From Ascoidea asiatica JCM 7603 (taxonomy: Eukaryota > Fungi > Ascomycota): 64,000 nt of DNA. The notes beneath the pieces were generated by a model. That model was given only the letters and a program-made list of their open reading frames with translations. It searched no databases and was not told the origin of the DNA. The DNA is taken from the NCBI GenBank assembly GCA_001600695.1, contig BCKQ01000001.1, positions 796,432 through 860,431 of the forward strand, written 5' to 3'. Shown here piece by piece: positions 23,030-36,189 of the stretch. Position 1 is the stretch's first letter. Each line of letters begins with the position of its first letter. Made by a program: the position numbers and the translations under genes.

Positions 23030-25690
23030 ATGGCTGATAGTTCTCAAACTTCATCTTCAGTTTCCTCATTTGTTTCAGCTCTTATATTAAATGGTGTAAT
23101 TTTCTTAATTTTTATAACTTGTTTTGTACTCTTAAGACCAAAAGAATCAAGAGTTTATCAACCAAGAAGAATTTTAAATACTGTTCCAATTGATAAAAGA
23201 CCTGATGAATCTCCAAATGGTTATTTTGGTTGGATTAATCATTTATTATCAAAATCTCAATCTTGGATTATTCAACAAACTGGTATTGATGGATTTTTCT
23301 TTTTAAGATTTTTATTTTTTTTCGCTTCAACTTGTTTCTTAGCTTGTTTTTTAATTTTACCAATTTTATTACCTGTTAATGCAACAAATGGTAGAAATTT
23401 ACAAGGTTTTGATTTAATTTCTTATTCAAATATTAAAAATAAAAATAGAGTTTTTGCTCATGTTTTCTTATCTTGGTTTTTTTTCGGTTTAATAATTTTT
23501 GGAATTTATAGAGAATTAATTTATTATATCTCTTTTAAACATTCTTTACAATCAACTCCATATTATGATAGTTTATTATCTTCAAAAACTATATTAATAA
23601 CTTCTTTACCTGATTCTTTAAAAGATAATGAAACTGAATTTAGAAATTTATTTCCATTTTTAAAATCTTTAAATTATTCAAGAAATTTTAAAATTTTAGA
23701 AAAAAAAGTTGAAGAAAGATCAAAATTATATAATAAATATGAAGCTGCTTTAAATAAAATTATTAATAAATCAATGAAAATTAGAACAAAAGCAATTAAA
23801 AAAAATAAAGAAATACCTGAACCTGAAGATGAAATTACTGCTTATATACCTGATAAAAAATTACCAACTCATAAATTAAAACCAATAATTGGTAAAAAAG
23901 TTAAAACTATTGATTATTCTTTATCTCATTTACCTGAATTAAATGATGAAATTATTAATTTACAATCTGATTATTTAAATAATGAAAAAAATGGTTCTGT
24001 ATTTTTAGAATTTAATAATCAAATTGATGCTCAAACTTGTTATCAATCTTTAAATTATAATAAATTATTTAAAAATTCTAAATTTATTATTAATATTTCT
24101 CCAGAAGATATAATTTGGGAAAATTTATCATTATCTGCAACTGTAAGAAGAATTAAAAAAATTATTGCAAAAGCTGCTTTAACTCTGTTAATTATATTTT
24201 GGGCAATTCCTGTTGCTGTTGTTGGTTGTATTTCAAATATTAATTATTTAACTGAAAAAGTTCATTTTTTAAGATTTATTAATAATATGCCAAGTTCTCT
24301 TATGGGTATTATAACTGCTTTATTACCAACAATAATGTTATCAATTTTAATGTCTTTAGTTCCACCAATTATTAAAAAAGCTGGAAAATTTGGTGGTTTA
24401 TTAACTTATCAAGAAATTGATCTTTGGTGTCATGATTGGTATTATGCATTTCAAGTTATTCAAGTATTTTTAGTTACAACTTGTGCTTCAGCTGCAACTT
24501 CTGTTGTAACTGAAATTATTAAAGAACCAAGTTCTGCATTAACTTTATTAGCAGCAAATTTACCAAAAGCTTCAAATTTTTATATATCATATATCTTACT
24601 TCAAGGTTTATCAATTCCAGGTGGTGCATTATTTCAAGTTGTTGCATTAATTTTATCAAAAATTTTAGGTAGATTTTTAGATAATACTCCAAGAAAGAAA
24701 TGGACTAGATTTAATAGTTTAAGTAAACCAAGTTGGGGTGTTGTATTTCCACCATATGCATTAATTGGTGCAATTGCAATAACATATTCAATAATTGCAC
24801 CAATTATTGTTGCATTTGCAGCAGTTGCATTTATTTTAATTTATATGGCTTATATTTATAATTTAACATATGTTATGGATAATTCAATTGATTCAAGAGG
24901 TAGACATTATCCAAAATCTTTATTTCAAATATTTGTTGCATTATATTTAGCAGAAGTTTGTTTAACAGGTTTATTTGTTTTTAATAAAAGTTGGGCACCA
25001 GTTGTTCTTGAAGTTATTTGTATAGTTGCAACAGTTTTGTCACATTTATATTTTAAATGGAAATTTATTCCATTATATGATCAAGTACCATTAAGTGCAC
25101 TTTATGAAACTCAAGGTAATTCTAATTATCATTATAATATGAAAGATCAAGGTTTAAAAGAAATTAAAGAAACTGGTAAAAATTATTGGAATAATTCTTC
25201 AGATAATTCAAATTTTACAATTGAAAATGATAATGAAAATGAAATCGAAAATGAAAATGAAGATGGTTTAGATAATTCTGGAATGACAAGAGAAAGTAAA
25301 AATGATAAAAGTTCAGAAATGGCTGCAACTCAAGAACCACTTTCAGTTGGATTATCTGCAGAATCTAAAAAAACAGGTAAACAAAAATTTACTGAATTTA
25401 TACATCCAAGAACAAATCTTTCATTTAGTTATGTTAGATCAATATTACCAGATTTTTTCAATAATACAATGACATATGAAAATACTAAGGAAGCATATCT
25501 TGATCCTGCAGTTACAGATGAGCCAAAGAAAATTTGGATTCCAAAAGATCCAATGGGATTATCTGCAAAGGAAATTGAAAAAACTGAAGGTAAAATATTT
25601 GTTTCTGATGAGAATACTGATTTCAATGAAAAGGGAGCTTGTGAATATCTTGGACCTCCACCAGATTATGAAGAAGCAATTAAAATGTAA
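23030..25690 (+). CDS. PHM7: CSC1/OSCA/TMEM63-family membrane channel, Phm7-like
   Basis: MADSS..SSFVSALI, RVYQPR, GYFGW, GIDGFFFLRF, LPVNATNG, PEDIIWENL, NLPKASNFYISY, DSRGRHYP, IWIPKDPMGLS and C-terminal PPPDYE; many TM helices. Confidence 0.9.
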   Translation: MADSSQTSSSVSSFVSALILNGVIFLIFITCFVLLRPKESRVYQPRRILNTVPIDKRPDESPNGYFGWINHLLSKSQSWIIQQTGIDGFFFLRFLFFFASTCFLACFLILPILLPVNATNGRNLQGFDLISYSNIKNKNRVFAHVFLSWFFFGLIIFGIYRELIYYISFKHSLQSTPYYDSLLSSKTILITSLPDSLKDNETEFRNLFPFLKSLNYSRNFKILEKKVEERSKLYNKYEAALNKIINKSMKIRTKAIKKNKEIPEPEDEITAYIPDKKLPTHKLKPIIGKKVKTIDYSLSHLPELNDEIINLQSDYLNNEKNGSVFLEFNNQIDAQTCYQSLNYNKLFKNSKFIINISPEDIIWENLSLSATVRRIKKIIAKAALTLLIIFWAIPVAVVGCISNINYLTEKVHFLRFINNMPSSLMGIITALLPTIMLSILMSLVPPIIKKAGKFGGLLTYQEIDLWCHDWYYAFQVIQVFLVTTCASAATSVVTEIIKEPSSALTLLAANLPKASNFYISYILLQGLSIPGGALFQVVALILSKILGRFLDNTPRKKWTRFNSLSKPSWGVVFPPYALIGAIAITYSIIAPIIVAFAAVAFILIYMAYIYNLTYVMDNSIDSRGRHYPKSLFQIFVALYLAEVCLTGLFVFNKSWAPVVLEVICIVATVLSHLYFKWKFIPLYDQVPLSALYETQGNSNYHYNMKDQGLKEIKETGKNYWNNSSDNSNFTIENDNENEIENENEDGLDNSGMTRESKNDKSSEMAATQEPLSVGLSAESKKTGKQKFTEFIHPRTNLSFSYVRSILPDFFNNTMTYENTKEAYLDPAVTDEPKKIWIPKDPMGLSAKEIEKTEGKIFVSDENTDFNEKGACEYLGPPPDYEEAIKM

Positions 25691-26554
25691 TAAATAATAA
25701 CCTGAGTAATTATTATTTCCATTTTTTGTCTTCATATTCTTCCTTTTTATATTCCTTATTGCAGCTTATTTTTTTTTTCATTAACCTTTTTCAACTTGTT
25801 TTATAAAATTTATTATAAACTATAGTATTACTATTATTATTATTATGATTATTATTATTACAGCATTTTTTTGAATGCTTTATGTTTTGTTTTTGTCAGT
25901 ATTTCAGGTGCTTATATGGGATCAATTGTTTTTAGTACTTATTTTGATTATATTTTTGTTTATCTTCCAATATTCTTCTTTTTTTATGAATTGCTAATAA
26001 TAGTAAAATTCTTTTTAATATATTTTTAATACTTTTAATCTATAACTCTACAGACTATTTATTTAATCATTTATCTATCTATTTAATTTAGGATACCCGT
26101 ATTTGTGGTCTCCATTTTTGAATTTCAGTTTTTAAATTTATATCCGTATCCACCACGCGGATACCAAAGATTAACCGGCCTCGGATTGAAAAACTTTTTT
26201 TTATTTTCGCGAGGCACAAAAAAAAATGAAAAAAAAAAAGTGGGAAGTTTTCCGAAAAATTATTTCAAAGGCCATTTTGATCACTGAAAAGTTACCAGAT
26301 TCATATTGAATTGAGATTTGAATTGAGAATAAATTGACATTGGATTCGTAGTTATTTGTATTTGTAAGTCCCTGAATGGCCTTAGAAGAAAATATGAGTG
26401 GTGTGAAGTGTCTGAACCTAAAGTAGACAGAGTTCAAGCGAGAACGTTTCCCACCAGCGCACTGTAAAAATTTTATTTTTTTCACTTGGCTCGAGTGTTT
26501 AAATTTTATTGCTCTGTTTTATTTGTTTAAGTATTTAAACTCGACTTTTTCTCA

Positions 26555-26579
26555 GCTCATCTCTTTCTAAAATTTTTCA
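26555..26579 (-). promoter_or_regulatory. PAC (GATGAGC) plus RRPE (TGAAAAATTTT) pair upstream of SPE3
   Basis: GCTCATC at 26555-26561 and AAAATTTTTCA at 26569-26579, 100-125 bp upstream of the ATG. Confidence 0.7.
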
Positions 26580-26680
26580 TTTCTATTGTTTTGTTTCCCT
26601 TCCAGTATTACTTTGAAATTGTATCCATTGATAATATCCAAATATATATCTGAGTTCATATTCAAATTCTATAATCAACA

Positions 26681-27565
26681 ATGTCCGAAAAAGAATTAAG
26701 TCATCCTGCCATTAAAGATGGTTGGTTCAGTGAAATTTCTGATACTATGTGGCCAGGCCAAGCAATGACTTTAAGAGTTGAAAAAATTTTATTAGCTGAA
26801 AAAACTAAATATCAAGATTTATTAGTATTTAAATCAACTGATTATGGTGTTGTTTTAGTTCTTGATAATGTAATTCAAGTTACTGAAAGAGATGAATTTT
26901 CTTATCAAGAAATGATTGCTCATTTAGCTTTATGTTCTCATCCAAATCCAAAAAATATTTTAGTTATCGGTGGTGGTGATGGTGGTGTTCTTAGAGAAAT
27001 CATTAAACATTCTTCTGTTGAACATGCCACACTTTGTGATATTGATGAAGGTGTAATCAATGCTTCTAAAAAATACTTACCAGATATGGCTAAATCTTAT
27101 AATGATCCAAAAGTTAAAGTTGTAATTGGTGATGGTTTTAAATTTTTAAATGAATATAAAAATTCATTTGATGTAATTATTACAGATTCTTCTGATCCTG
27201 AAGGTCCTGCAGAAACTTTATTTCAAAAACCATATTTTCAATTATTACATGATGCTTTAACTGAAAATGGTGTAATTTCAACTCAAGCTGAAAGTATTTG
27301 GTTACATATGAAAATTATTAAAGATTTGAAAAAAACTTGTGATTCAGTTTTTCCAAATGTCAGATATTCTTATTGTACAATTCCAACTTATCCTTCTGGT
27401 CAAATTGGTTTTATGGTTTGTTCAAAAAATAAAAATATTGATTTATCAAAACCTTTAAAAACTTTTACAGAAGATGAAGAAAAAAAATTATTTAGATATT
27501 ATTCAAAAGAAATTCATCAAGCTTCTTTTGTACTTCCAAACTTTGCAAGAAAAGAACTTGAATAA
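26681..27565 (+). CDS. SPE3: Spermidine synthase
   Basis: [55 protein letters not shown] and IPTYPSG motifs. Confidence 0.98.
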   Translation: MSEKELSHPAIKDGWFSEISDTMWPGQAMTLRVEKILLAEKTKYQDLLVFKSTDYGVVLVLDNVIQVTERDEFSYQEMIAHLALCSHPNPKNILVIGGGDGGVLREIIKHSSVEHATLCDIDEGVINASKKYLPDMAKSYNDPKVKVVIGDGFKFLNEYKNSFDVIITDSSDPEGPAETLFQKPYFQLLHDALTENGVISTQAESIWLHMKIIKDLKKTCDSVFPNVRYSYCTIPTYPSGQIGFMVCSKNKNIDLSKPLKTFTEDEEKKLFRYYSKEIHQASFVLPNFARKELE

Positions 27566-27909
27566 AATTAATAATAAATTGATTATATCATTATATGACT
27601 TTTTACTATTTAATGCCTTTTTCTTTTCTCAATAAAACTTTACTTACTTTTATCTTTTCATTCTTCTCAACGTAATCTCACTTAAACTATTTTACAATTA
27701 TTTTTCACTTTTTTTTTTTATAGTTAACTTAATATAATCAGTTATTCAATAGAATTACATTTACATTTACTTAAAATTACATTCTAACCATCTAAAGAGA
27801 TATAAATTCAATAATATACTATTTATTTATTTCTATTTTTTTTTTTGTTATCGTTTTATTTGGCTCATTATTTTAACTAGTTTATATATATATATAATTA
27901 TAACATTAA

Positions 27910-30309
27910 TCATTTGGCAAAATGAAGTTGAATACTTAACCATTGTCTTGCTTTAACTTGAGCAATTGATAAAGATTCATTACCATAAGTTAAAGGTTTA
28001 AAAAACATGAAACATGAAATTAATAAAGTCATTAAAATTGCAAATGTAATTGTATATGGAATTTTATTTAAAATATGAGGATTTTCATTATTTGAATTTA
28101 ATTTTTTTCTATTTTCTTTTTTATTAAAATTTAATTTAACTTTTTCACTATCTAATAATAATGCATCACCTCTATTATCGGTGAAAATAAATTCAAGAAT
28201 TCCACCTGCAAATTCACTTGCAATTAAATGTGCAGGTAAATAATGATGTAAAAATTTTTGTCTATTCATTAAAAAAAATGGTAAATAATGACAACACCAA
28301 CCTAAAAAGAAAAACCCAATATTATAATATAATCTTGATCTTGAAAATTCATTAAATGCAAAAATTTCTCTACGTCTTGATAATTGATCAGCTAAAATTA
28401 AACCTAAAAATACACAAATTAAAATAACTTGTAAATTCCAACCAAATACATTTCCAATGAAATAAATTTGTTCTCTTGTATCATCTTTTGAAGTCCAAAA
28501 TGAAACACCAGATAAAGAAAATGGCCAAGTTTCAGGTTCTGAAGCAAATGGATGTTCAGAAGTTAATTTATTATTTTGAACAAACATTTGTTTTTGTAAT
28601 TCTAACCATTTTTTTAAAAATGGAATTTTTTTAACTTCTTTTGGTATATATAATTTTCTATCATCATTTAAATTAATAATTTTATCAAAAGTCCAAATAT
28701 TTGAATTATCTTGAATTTTTTTATTACCATTAATTTCTTGTTGATTAAAACCCCATTCTGGTAATAATTTATCATTATGAGTCCACATTGCAACAATTGT
28801 TGGTACATGTAAAATTTTAATTAAAGAAGATTTTGTTTTTAAAATTGAATTTAAATTTTTATCAGTTGGACCAATTTTAAATAAAGTATCATTAAATCTA
28901 TTATTATTTGCTTCTTCAACATTAATAGTTGTAAATTCTTCATTTGTTGGATAAAATGGAGAAGCAACATCATGAGTTAAAAGAAAAGATTTTGTATTAA
29001 CATGATATAATCTAATAATATCAGAAACATGAACAGGATGATTTAATTTACTTTGATCATTTTCATTTGAAAATTCAATTTTTGGTAAAATTTGCCAATA
29101 ATTATTTGGATCATTTTCAATATCTTCAAAAGATTTATCATTTAAATTTGAAGTAACTGCAGTAACTTGTTGACCTTTTGAAGAAACTCTACCATCTTCA
29201 TAACGTAATGGATATTCATAAGGATGAGAATGTAAAAAAGATTCAGTTTCTTTATGTTTTAAAGTTATAATATCATAATAATTAATTTGTTTTGATTCTT
29301 TTGCCATTGGATTATCACCTAAAGTTTCTTGAAATTCTGGAGACATGAAATTATCACCAGTACCAGATTTTATTAAAATTTTAAAATGACAATAAAACCA
29401 AAATAAATAAATTAAAAATGGTATAAAAATTAAAAAAAATAATCTTATAAAAAAATGTTTTAAGAAAGTTTCAATTTTTAAATTATTTTTTTTAATATCT
29501 AATAAATCCCAAAGATCAATAACAACTGCAGAACCAATAGTTAAATAAGTGAAAACACCAACATATTTTGTTGAAATTACACAAGATAATGAAACTCCAG
29601 TTAAAAATAACCATTTATACCAATTATAAGTAAATGGAAATTTTTTTTGTTTAATAAATTTAATATATGAATAAATTGATAAAGCAACAGATAAAATTAA
29701 AGTTGCATCTAATAATATTAATCTTGTTTCAGAAACATGAGCATTATCAAATAATACTAAAGAAGAAGCAAATAAACATGCAGTTATAGAATAATTTGAT
29801 TCTTTCATTGTTAAAAATACAACTGGAATTGTTAAAGTACCTAATATTGCAGATAATGATCTATAAGGTATATAAGGTACATTATTTTCAATATAACTAT
29901 CACCAATATGATCGAATTTGAATTTACCGGAATAACCAATAATATAACCTATGAAGGCAATTAAAAGTTTTGCAAAAGGAGGATGTAAATCAAAAAAATA
30001 AGTTCTTTCAAGATAATAAGAAGCAAATTTACCAAAATGAACTTCATCGAATACAACTTGATCAGGATATGAAATTGAATAAAATCTAGTCAATAAAGCT
30101 AAAAAAGTAATGAAATATAAAGCTAAATTATATTTATAATTTGGGGAAGGTAATTTTGATATATCATTATTATGATAATGATTATTATTATTAATAATTT
30201 TAGTATCAATAGGATTATCAAATAATTTCAAATTATCTTTTGATTTTTTTGATTTTAATGTATTTGATTTTTTTGAATTAACTGAAACATTTTTTCTTGG
30301 AGGAGGCAT
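27910..30309 (-). CDS. PMT4: Dolichyl-phosphate-mannose:protein O-mannosyltransferase, Pmt4 subfamily
   Basis: VVFDEVHFGKFASYYLERTYFFDLHPPFAK, MIR domains with YPLRYEDGRVSSKGQQVT, and RQKFLHHYLP. Confidence 0.95.
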   Translation of the reverse strand: MPPPRKNVSVNSKKSNTLKSKKSKDNLKLFDNPIDTKIINNNNHYHNNDISKLPSPNYKYNLALYFITFLALLTRFYSISYPDQVVFDEVHFGKFASYYLERTYFFDLHPPFAKLLIAFIGYIIGYSGKFKFDHIGDSYIENNVPYIPYRSLSAILGTLTIPVVFLTMKESNYSITACLFASSLVLFDNAHVSETRLILLDATLILSVALSIYSYIKFIKQKKFPFTYNWYKWLFLTGVSLSCVISTKYVGVFTYLTIGSAVVIDLWDLLDIKKNNLKIETFLKHFFIRLFFLIFIPFLIYLFWFYCHFKILIKSGTGDNFMSPEFQETLGDNPMAKESKQINYYDIITLKHKETESFLHSHPYEYPLRYEDGRVSSKGQQVTAVTSNLNDKSFEDIENDPNNYWQILPKIEFSNENDQSKLNHPVHVSDIIRLYHVNTKSFLLTHDVASPFYPTNEEFTTINVEEANNNRFNDTLFKIGPTDKNLNSILKTKSSLIKILHVPTIVAMWTHNDKLLPEWGFNQQEINGNKKIQDNSNIWTFDKIINLNDDRKLYIPKEVKKIPFLKKWLELQKQMFVQNNKLTSEHPFASEPETWPFSLSGVSFWTSKDDTREQIYFIGNVFGWNLQVILICVFLGLILADQLSRRREIFAFNEFSRSRLYYNIGFFFLGWCCHYLPFFLMNRQKFLHHYLPAHLIASEFAGGILEFIFTDNRGDALLLDSEKVKLNFNKKENRKKLNSNNENPHILNKIPYTITFAILMTLLISCFMFFKPLTYGNESLSIAQVKARQWLSIQLHFAK

Positions 30310-31108
30310 TTTTAAATATAAATTTTCTCGAGAAAAATGTTAATTAAATGACAAAAAAAGTAGTCATAAAAACACAAGATTTAGAAATGAAAATGAATTG
30401 AATTGAAATGAAATAATATATTTATGCAATTGAGGTTTTTTTATTAAATTTCATTAAAATTTATACTGAAGTAAATCTAATGGAATTGAATGGAGTTGAA
30501 CCTTTAAGGATTTGGAATGGATGAAATTATTGAAAAAATTGATCAAAAAAAAAAAGATTGAATCAGATTTGAAAATAAAGATATTAATAAATAGATTTAA
30601 AAGTGAAAAGTTTATTAGAGTGACATGAATCGCGAATAAACAGTGAAGAGTGAATAGTGAATATATGGCTTAGTTAAGAGGATGATTTGTCCAGTATTAA
30701 ATTAAACAGTCGTTAAGGAAAAGAACCACAACTCGAGAGAGAGAGAAGGTACCACAGATCTGGTAGTAAGGGGAGTGGCAGAGAGTAACAGATAAATACA
30801 TAAGTTTGCAGATATTATTAAATCCAGAATTATGGGTCTTTTATTATTACCATCAGTGAGGATCTAAAGAAATACGTGGATATATGTTATATAGCACCTA
30901 TTAGTACACCAAATTACATTAGCCACCACTGTGGATCTGTGGATTTATTTTCAAGAAATGGAAATGTGAACGAAAAAACCCTGCAACGGCAGTGTCAATA
31001 CCAGTGGTTACGTTAACGACAGAGCTTTGATAGAGCTTTGTTGTTTTTGTGGGAGGAAATTGAAAATAATCGAAATTAAAATTAAAGTCGACTGAGATCT
31101 CAGGTCTG

Positions 31109-31115
31109 TCGTATA
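31109..31115 (+). promoter_or_regulatory. Sterol response element TCGTATA (Upc2/Ecm22)
   Basis: Exact consensus about 315 bp upstream of ERG10. Variants TTAACGA (31013-31019) and CATACGA (31134-31140) lie on the other strand; TATATAAA near 31207. Confidence 0.65.
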
Positions 31116-31418
31116 AATTCAACATTACTAACGCATACGATATCGACATCGATGTTCTGGGATATCACTGCCCATTCAACCAACAAAATTTCAATTCTTT
31201 TCTTCATATATAAACAATCTATTTTCTATTCACTTCAATCTTCTTCTATCTTTTTATTTCTTTTATTTCAATTCAATCCAATCCAATCTTCAATCCATAT
31301 CATCTATCTATCGCATCTATATAATCTTAGATCTATTTCAATTCATTTTGATTCATTTTAACTAAATTCAATTGATCAAAACTCTTTTTTCCACCAATAA
31401 CAATACTTTAAATTTTGA

Positions 31419-32618
<1,200 letters not shown>

Positions 32619-33004
32619 TTCTCTTCTTATTCATCTCATTTACTATTTATATAGCTTTAATAATATTCCAATAAAATATTCCAATAAATAAAATAATAAT
32701 AAAATATTAAATTAAAATTAATCGTACAAAGAAGTCCCATACTTATGGTGACACCACGCAAACATATCACGTGCAACATGCTATTTTTAAGATATAAATA
32801 ACTTTTGCTGATCCTGTGGAATTGTGTCAATAACTTCTAATTCTTTTCACGTTATCGCTATTGGTATTAAATATTAAATAATTCTGAAATTGCAATCTCT
32901 AAATAAATAAATAAATAGTCTTTAATCAATGGTTATTTTAACTAGAATTACCAATTGAATTGAATCAAATTAATAAAGAAGATAAACAAATAATCAAGCA
33001 ATCA

Positions 33005-35395
33005 ATGAATAATTTAAACTCTTCAATTAATAAGATGTCAATATCTTCAAGAAGAAATACAAATAATTTAAATTTAAAAGATTCAATTCAAATTCAACAT
33101 GATTTAATTAATGATACAATACCTGATATAACTTCAATGTTAATTATAAGAATTGATATGTGGATTCATACAATTCAATTATTGCAATCTTATACTGAAG
33201 GTTATATATTCTTAGCAAATAAAATGACCTTAGGTTTTGAAAAAATTAAAAAAAATATTTCAGATTTACCTAAATTTCCTGTTCATTCAAATATTAATGG
33301 TAATACAATCAATGATAATAATAGTAATATAGAAAAAATTACTGAAGTTGAAGAAGATTCTTTTGCTTTTGAGAAAAAGGATACTCCAAAAGATTCAAAA
33401 TTTCCACCATATTCAAATTCAAATAATAATTTATCAAACTCCACCGGAAGTCTCGGTAAAGCTAGTAATACTACTAATACTAACCCAAATTCAATTCAAA
33501 CTGATTCTGGTTATCATTTTAAAGGAATTGCAGGTTTATTTGAATTATTAAGAGATAAAACTATTGCAAATTTGAATTCAACAATTGAATTAGAATCTTT
33601 AATTAAAAAAACTATTTTACCAGATTTAAAAAATTTAATTTCTGATATTCAATCAACAAAAAAAAATTTAATTTCTGATAATTCAAAATATCAAAAAGAT
33701 TATTTAAAATTTAAAAATAATTTAAATAAAGAAATTTCAAAATTAAATCAATCAATTAATTTATCAAATAATATTTCTTCAAATTCAAAATTAGATTATA
33801 AAAATGATCCATTTTTAATTAAAAAAATTATTTTAAATTTAACTTCAAAATTTTTACCAATTGAAAATAATTTAATAGATTTTTATATTTTAACAATTAG
33901 AAAATTTAAAAATTTTGAATCAAATTTAATTATAAAAAATTTAAAAAATATTATTATACTTTTAAATCAACATAATTTAAAATTTACAACTTTATTCACA
34001 TATAATCTTGATCAAATTAATCAACAATTTCAATTATTATCTGATGATTATGAATGGAATAAATTTATTTCAACTGATGCAAATGATATTATAAACTCTC
34101 ATCGTCCAGAAAGAAGTTTTTCAATAACTTCTGCTTTAACTTCAAATAATAATAATAATAATATTTCTAATATTAATAATAGTAACAATGGTAGTAATCA
34201 TAATTCTTCTTTAAGTAATGGTAGTTTTGATCCAAATTCAAATTTAACAGGTTCTTTAGGTCCTTCTGATCCTGAAATTTTAACTTTGATTTTAAATATT
34301 GATACAATAAATGAAAGTGAATCATTAATTAATAAAACTGTTAGAAAAAAAATGAATAATATAACTTTCAATAATATTAATAATAATTTAACTGTTCCAA
34401 TTTTAGAAAATATACTTGAATATAAAGAAGATAAAAAAATTTCTCTAAATAAATTCAAAACAAGTTATTTTGTAATAACTAAAAATAATTATTTCATTAA
34501 TTTTAATACTAAAGATGATTTCAATACTCCAGAATTTGTATTTTATTTACCTGATTGTACTTTATTACCTTCAACTCAAGATGAAAAACATGATACTACA
34601 ACAATTGATATTGCAAGTAATTCAATAAATTCAACAGATTCACCAGTTTCTCCAGATTCTCAAAATTCTCCACTTTCTTCAAGAGCTCCAACTTCAAGTT
34701 CATCAAATACCGATGATGGTACAGCGTCTGCAACTTTAAAAAGATCAAAATCAAAAGCATTTAAAAAAAATATTTTCAAAAAAAAGACATATATTAAACA
34801 AATTGATTTTAAATTTAAAATTGTTGGACAGGATTTAAATAAATTAATCAAATTTAATCATAAAAAATCTTTAGAATTAAAATTTTCTTCAAAAGATGAA
34901 ATGTTAGTTTGGTTAAATATCTTTAAGGCTTCAATGGGTATATTATATAATGAAGCAGAAGATTTAGATAACCAAAAATGTTTTACTCCAAAGACAATTG
35001 AAAACCAAAAAGCCATTCCAGTTACTAATGAAAATCAAATCCTCAAAAATTCTCAACAACCAGTATTACAACCTGTTCAACAACTTAGTCAAGAACCTAC
35101 AATTATTGCAACAAATATGACTCCTCCTTCATCATCGAGCCAAAGAATTTCTCTGAGAAGTACTGGAACCCCAAGTGATAATGATGAGGTTGTTACTTTA
35201 GATTCTAATGATTCAGTTGTTGCACCAGTTTCAACAATAACTCATCTAAAACCAAAAGAATTGAATTTAAATGATGATTTTGGTCTGAGCAGTGAAAATG
35301 TTTGGGACTTAGCACCAACTCCAAATGTTGAAAGTCATCCAAATACTTCTCTTCCTACAAGTTCTGTTGTTCCACCAGTTTTACCTCCAAGGTAA
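33005..35395 (+). CDS. BAR-like helical plus split PH-domain protein, Rgc1/Ask10/Slm-like
   Basis: First ATG at 33005 (the track starts at a TTG). RIDMW...helical region with NDPF and YEWNKF, then a PH domain (ENILEYK, YFVITKNNYFINF, PEFVFYLPDC...FSSKDEMLVWL) interrupted by a Ser/Thr-rich loop; C-terminal PVLPPR. Confidence 0.65.
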   Translation: MNNLNSSINKMSISSRRNTNNLNLKDSIQIQHDLINDTIPDITSMLIIRIDMWIHTIQLLQSYTEGYIFLANKMTLGFEKIKKNISDLPKFPVHSNINGNTINDNNSNIEKITEVEEDSFAFEKKDTPKDSKFPPYSNSNNNLSNSTGSLGKASNTTNTNPNSIQTDSGYHFKGIAGLFELLRDKTIANLNSTIELESLIKKTILPDLKNLISDIQSTKKNLISDNSKYQKDYLKFKNNLNKEISKLNQSINLSNNISSNSKLDYKNDPFLIKKIILNLTSKFLPIENNLIDFYILTIRKFKNFESNLIIKNLKNIIILLNQHNLKFTTLFTYNLDQINQQFQLLSDDYEWNKFISTDANDIINSHRPERSFSITSALTSNNNNNNISNINNSNNGSNHNSSLSNGSFDPNSNLTGSLGPSDPEILTLILNIDTINESESLINKTVRKKMNNITFNNINNNLTVPILENILEYKEDKKISLNKFKTSYFVITKNNYFINFNTKDDFNTPEFVFYLPDCTLLPSTQDEKHDTTTIDIASNSINSTDSPVSPDSQNSPLSSRAPTSSSSNTDDGTASATLKRSKSKAFKKNIFKKKTYIKQIDFKFKIVGQDLNKLIKFNHKKSLELKFSSKDEMLVWLNIFKASMGILYNEAEDLDNQKCFTPKTIENQKAIPVTNENQILKNSQQPVLQPVQQLSQEPTIIATNMTPPSSSSQRISLRSTGTPSDNDEVVTLDSNDSVVAPVSTITHLKPKELNLNDDFGLSSENVWDLAPTPNVESHPNTSLPTSSVVPPVLPPR

Positions 35396-36189
35396 TCAGT
35401 CATTTTGATAAATTTTTTTGTTACTTAATATTTGATATTTAATTTTTTTTGTTTTTATCTTTATTTTTATTTTTGGAAGTGTTATATCTCTTTTTTTCAT
35501 GATTTGTTTTTGCTCGATTGCAAATTAAATTCCTTTTTTATAGTACATTATAATCATTGTAATAGTTTTTAACTTTTGATGATACTAATCATTAATTTAT
35601 ATTTTTTGTAATGATGACATTATTCTATTTATTATCTCCATCATCTCTTTTATCTTTATTATCCATATCAACAATCTCTCATATCTCTGTTTTCTTATCA
35701 ATTTTAACCATTTTTTGTATTTTGACACCATTTTCGTGGGACTTCTAAATAGCTTACGGGAAAGTCACATGTGTTTTGTATTTTAAAAGAAATTCCGAGG
35801 GTTTATTTTTATGGATAATGACCCACAATTATGGATTCTAATTACGTCAGCTTTTACTAAGCTCTGTTTTATTTCTTTAGCCATCTCACACCTCTTTTGC
35901 TAACAAGAAGGGAAGGGATAAATTTGGTTAAATATAAAGGAATTAATTTATCGAATTTACTAAAATACTCTGAAATATATCGAATCAAACATTTTAAATC
36001 AAAGAAAATAAATCAAATATCAGCTATATACTCAAGAAGATATATCTCTTGTTAACGTATTAATCAAATTAAGACCAATCGGCTTTATATTTTTTTGATT
36101 TTATAAATTCACTCGATAATTAGCTTAAATCTAACTATTTTAATTACAAAGTTGACTATTTCAATAATTCAATTAAATACCAATTAGTA

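Noticed and set aside
31126-31132. TACTAAC branch-point motif upstream of ERG10
   Set aside because: No nearby 3' YAG or convincing 5' splice site, and it lies upstream of the likely TATA box.
35764-35798. Point-centromere-like GTCACATG + AT stretch + TTCCGA upstream of SKP1
   Set aside because: The AT spacer is only about 20 bp (CDEII is about 80 bp or more) and the CDEIII match is poor. Better read as a Cbf1-type promoter site.
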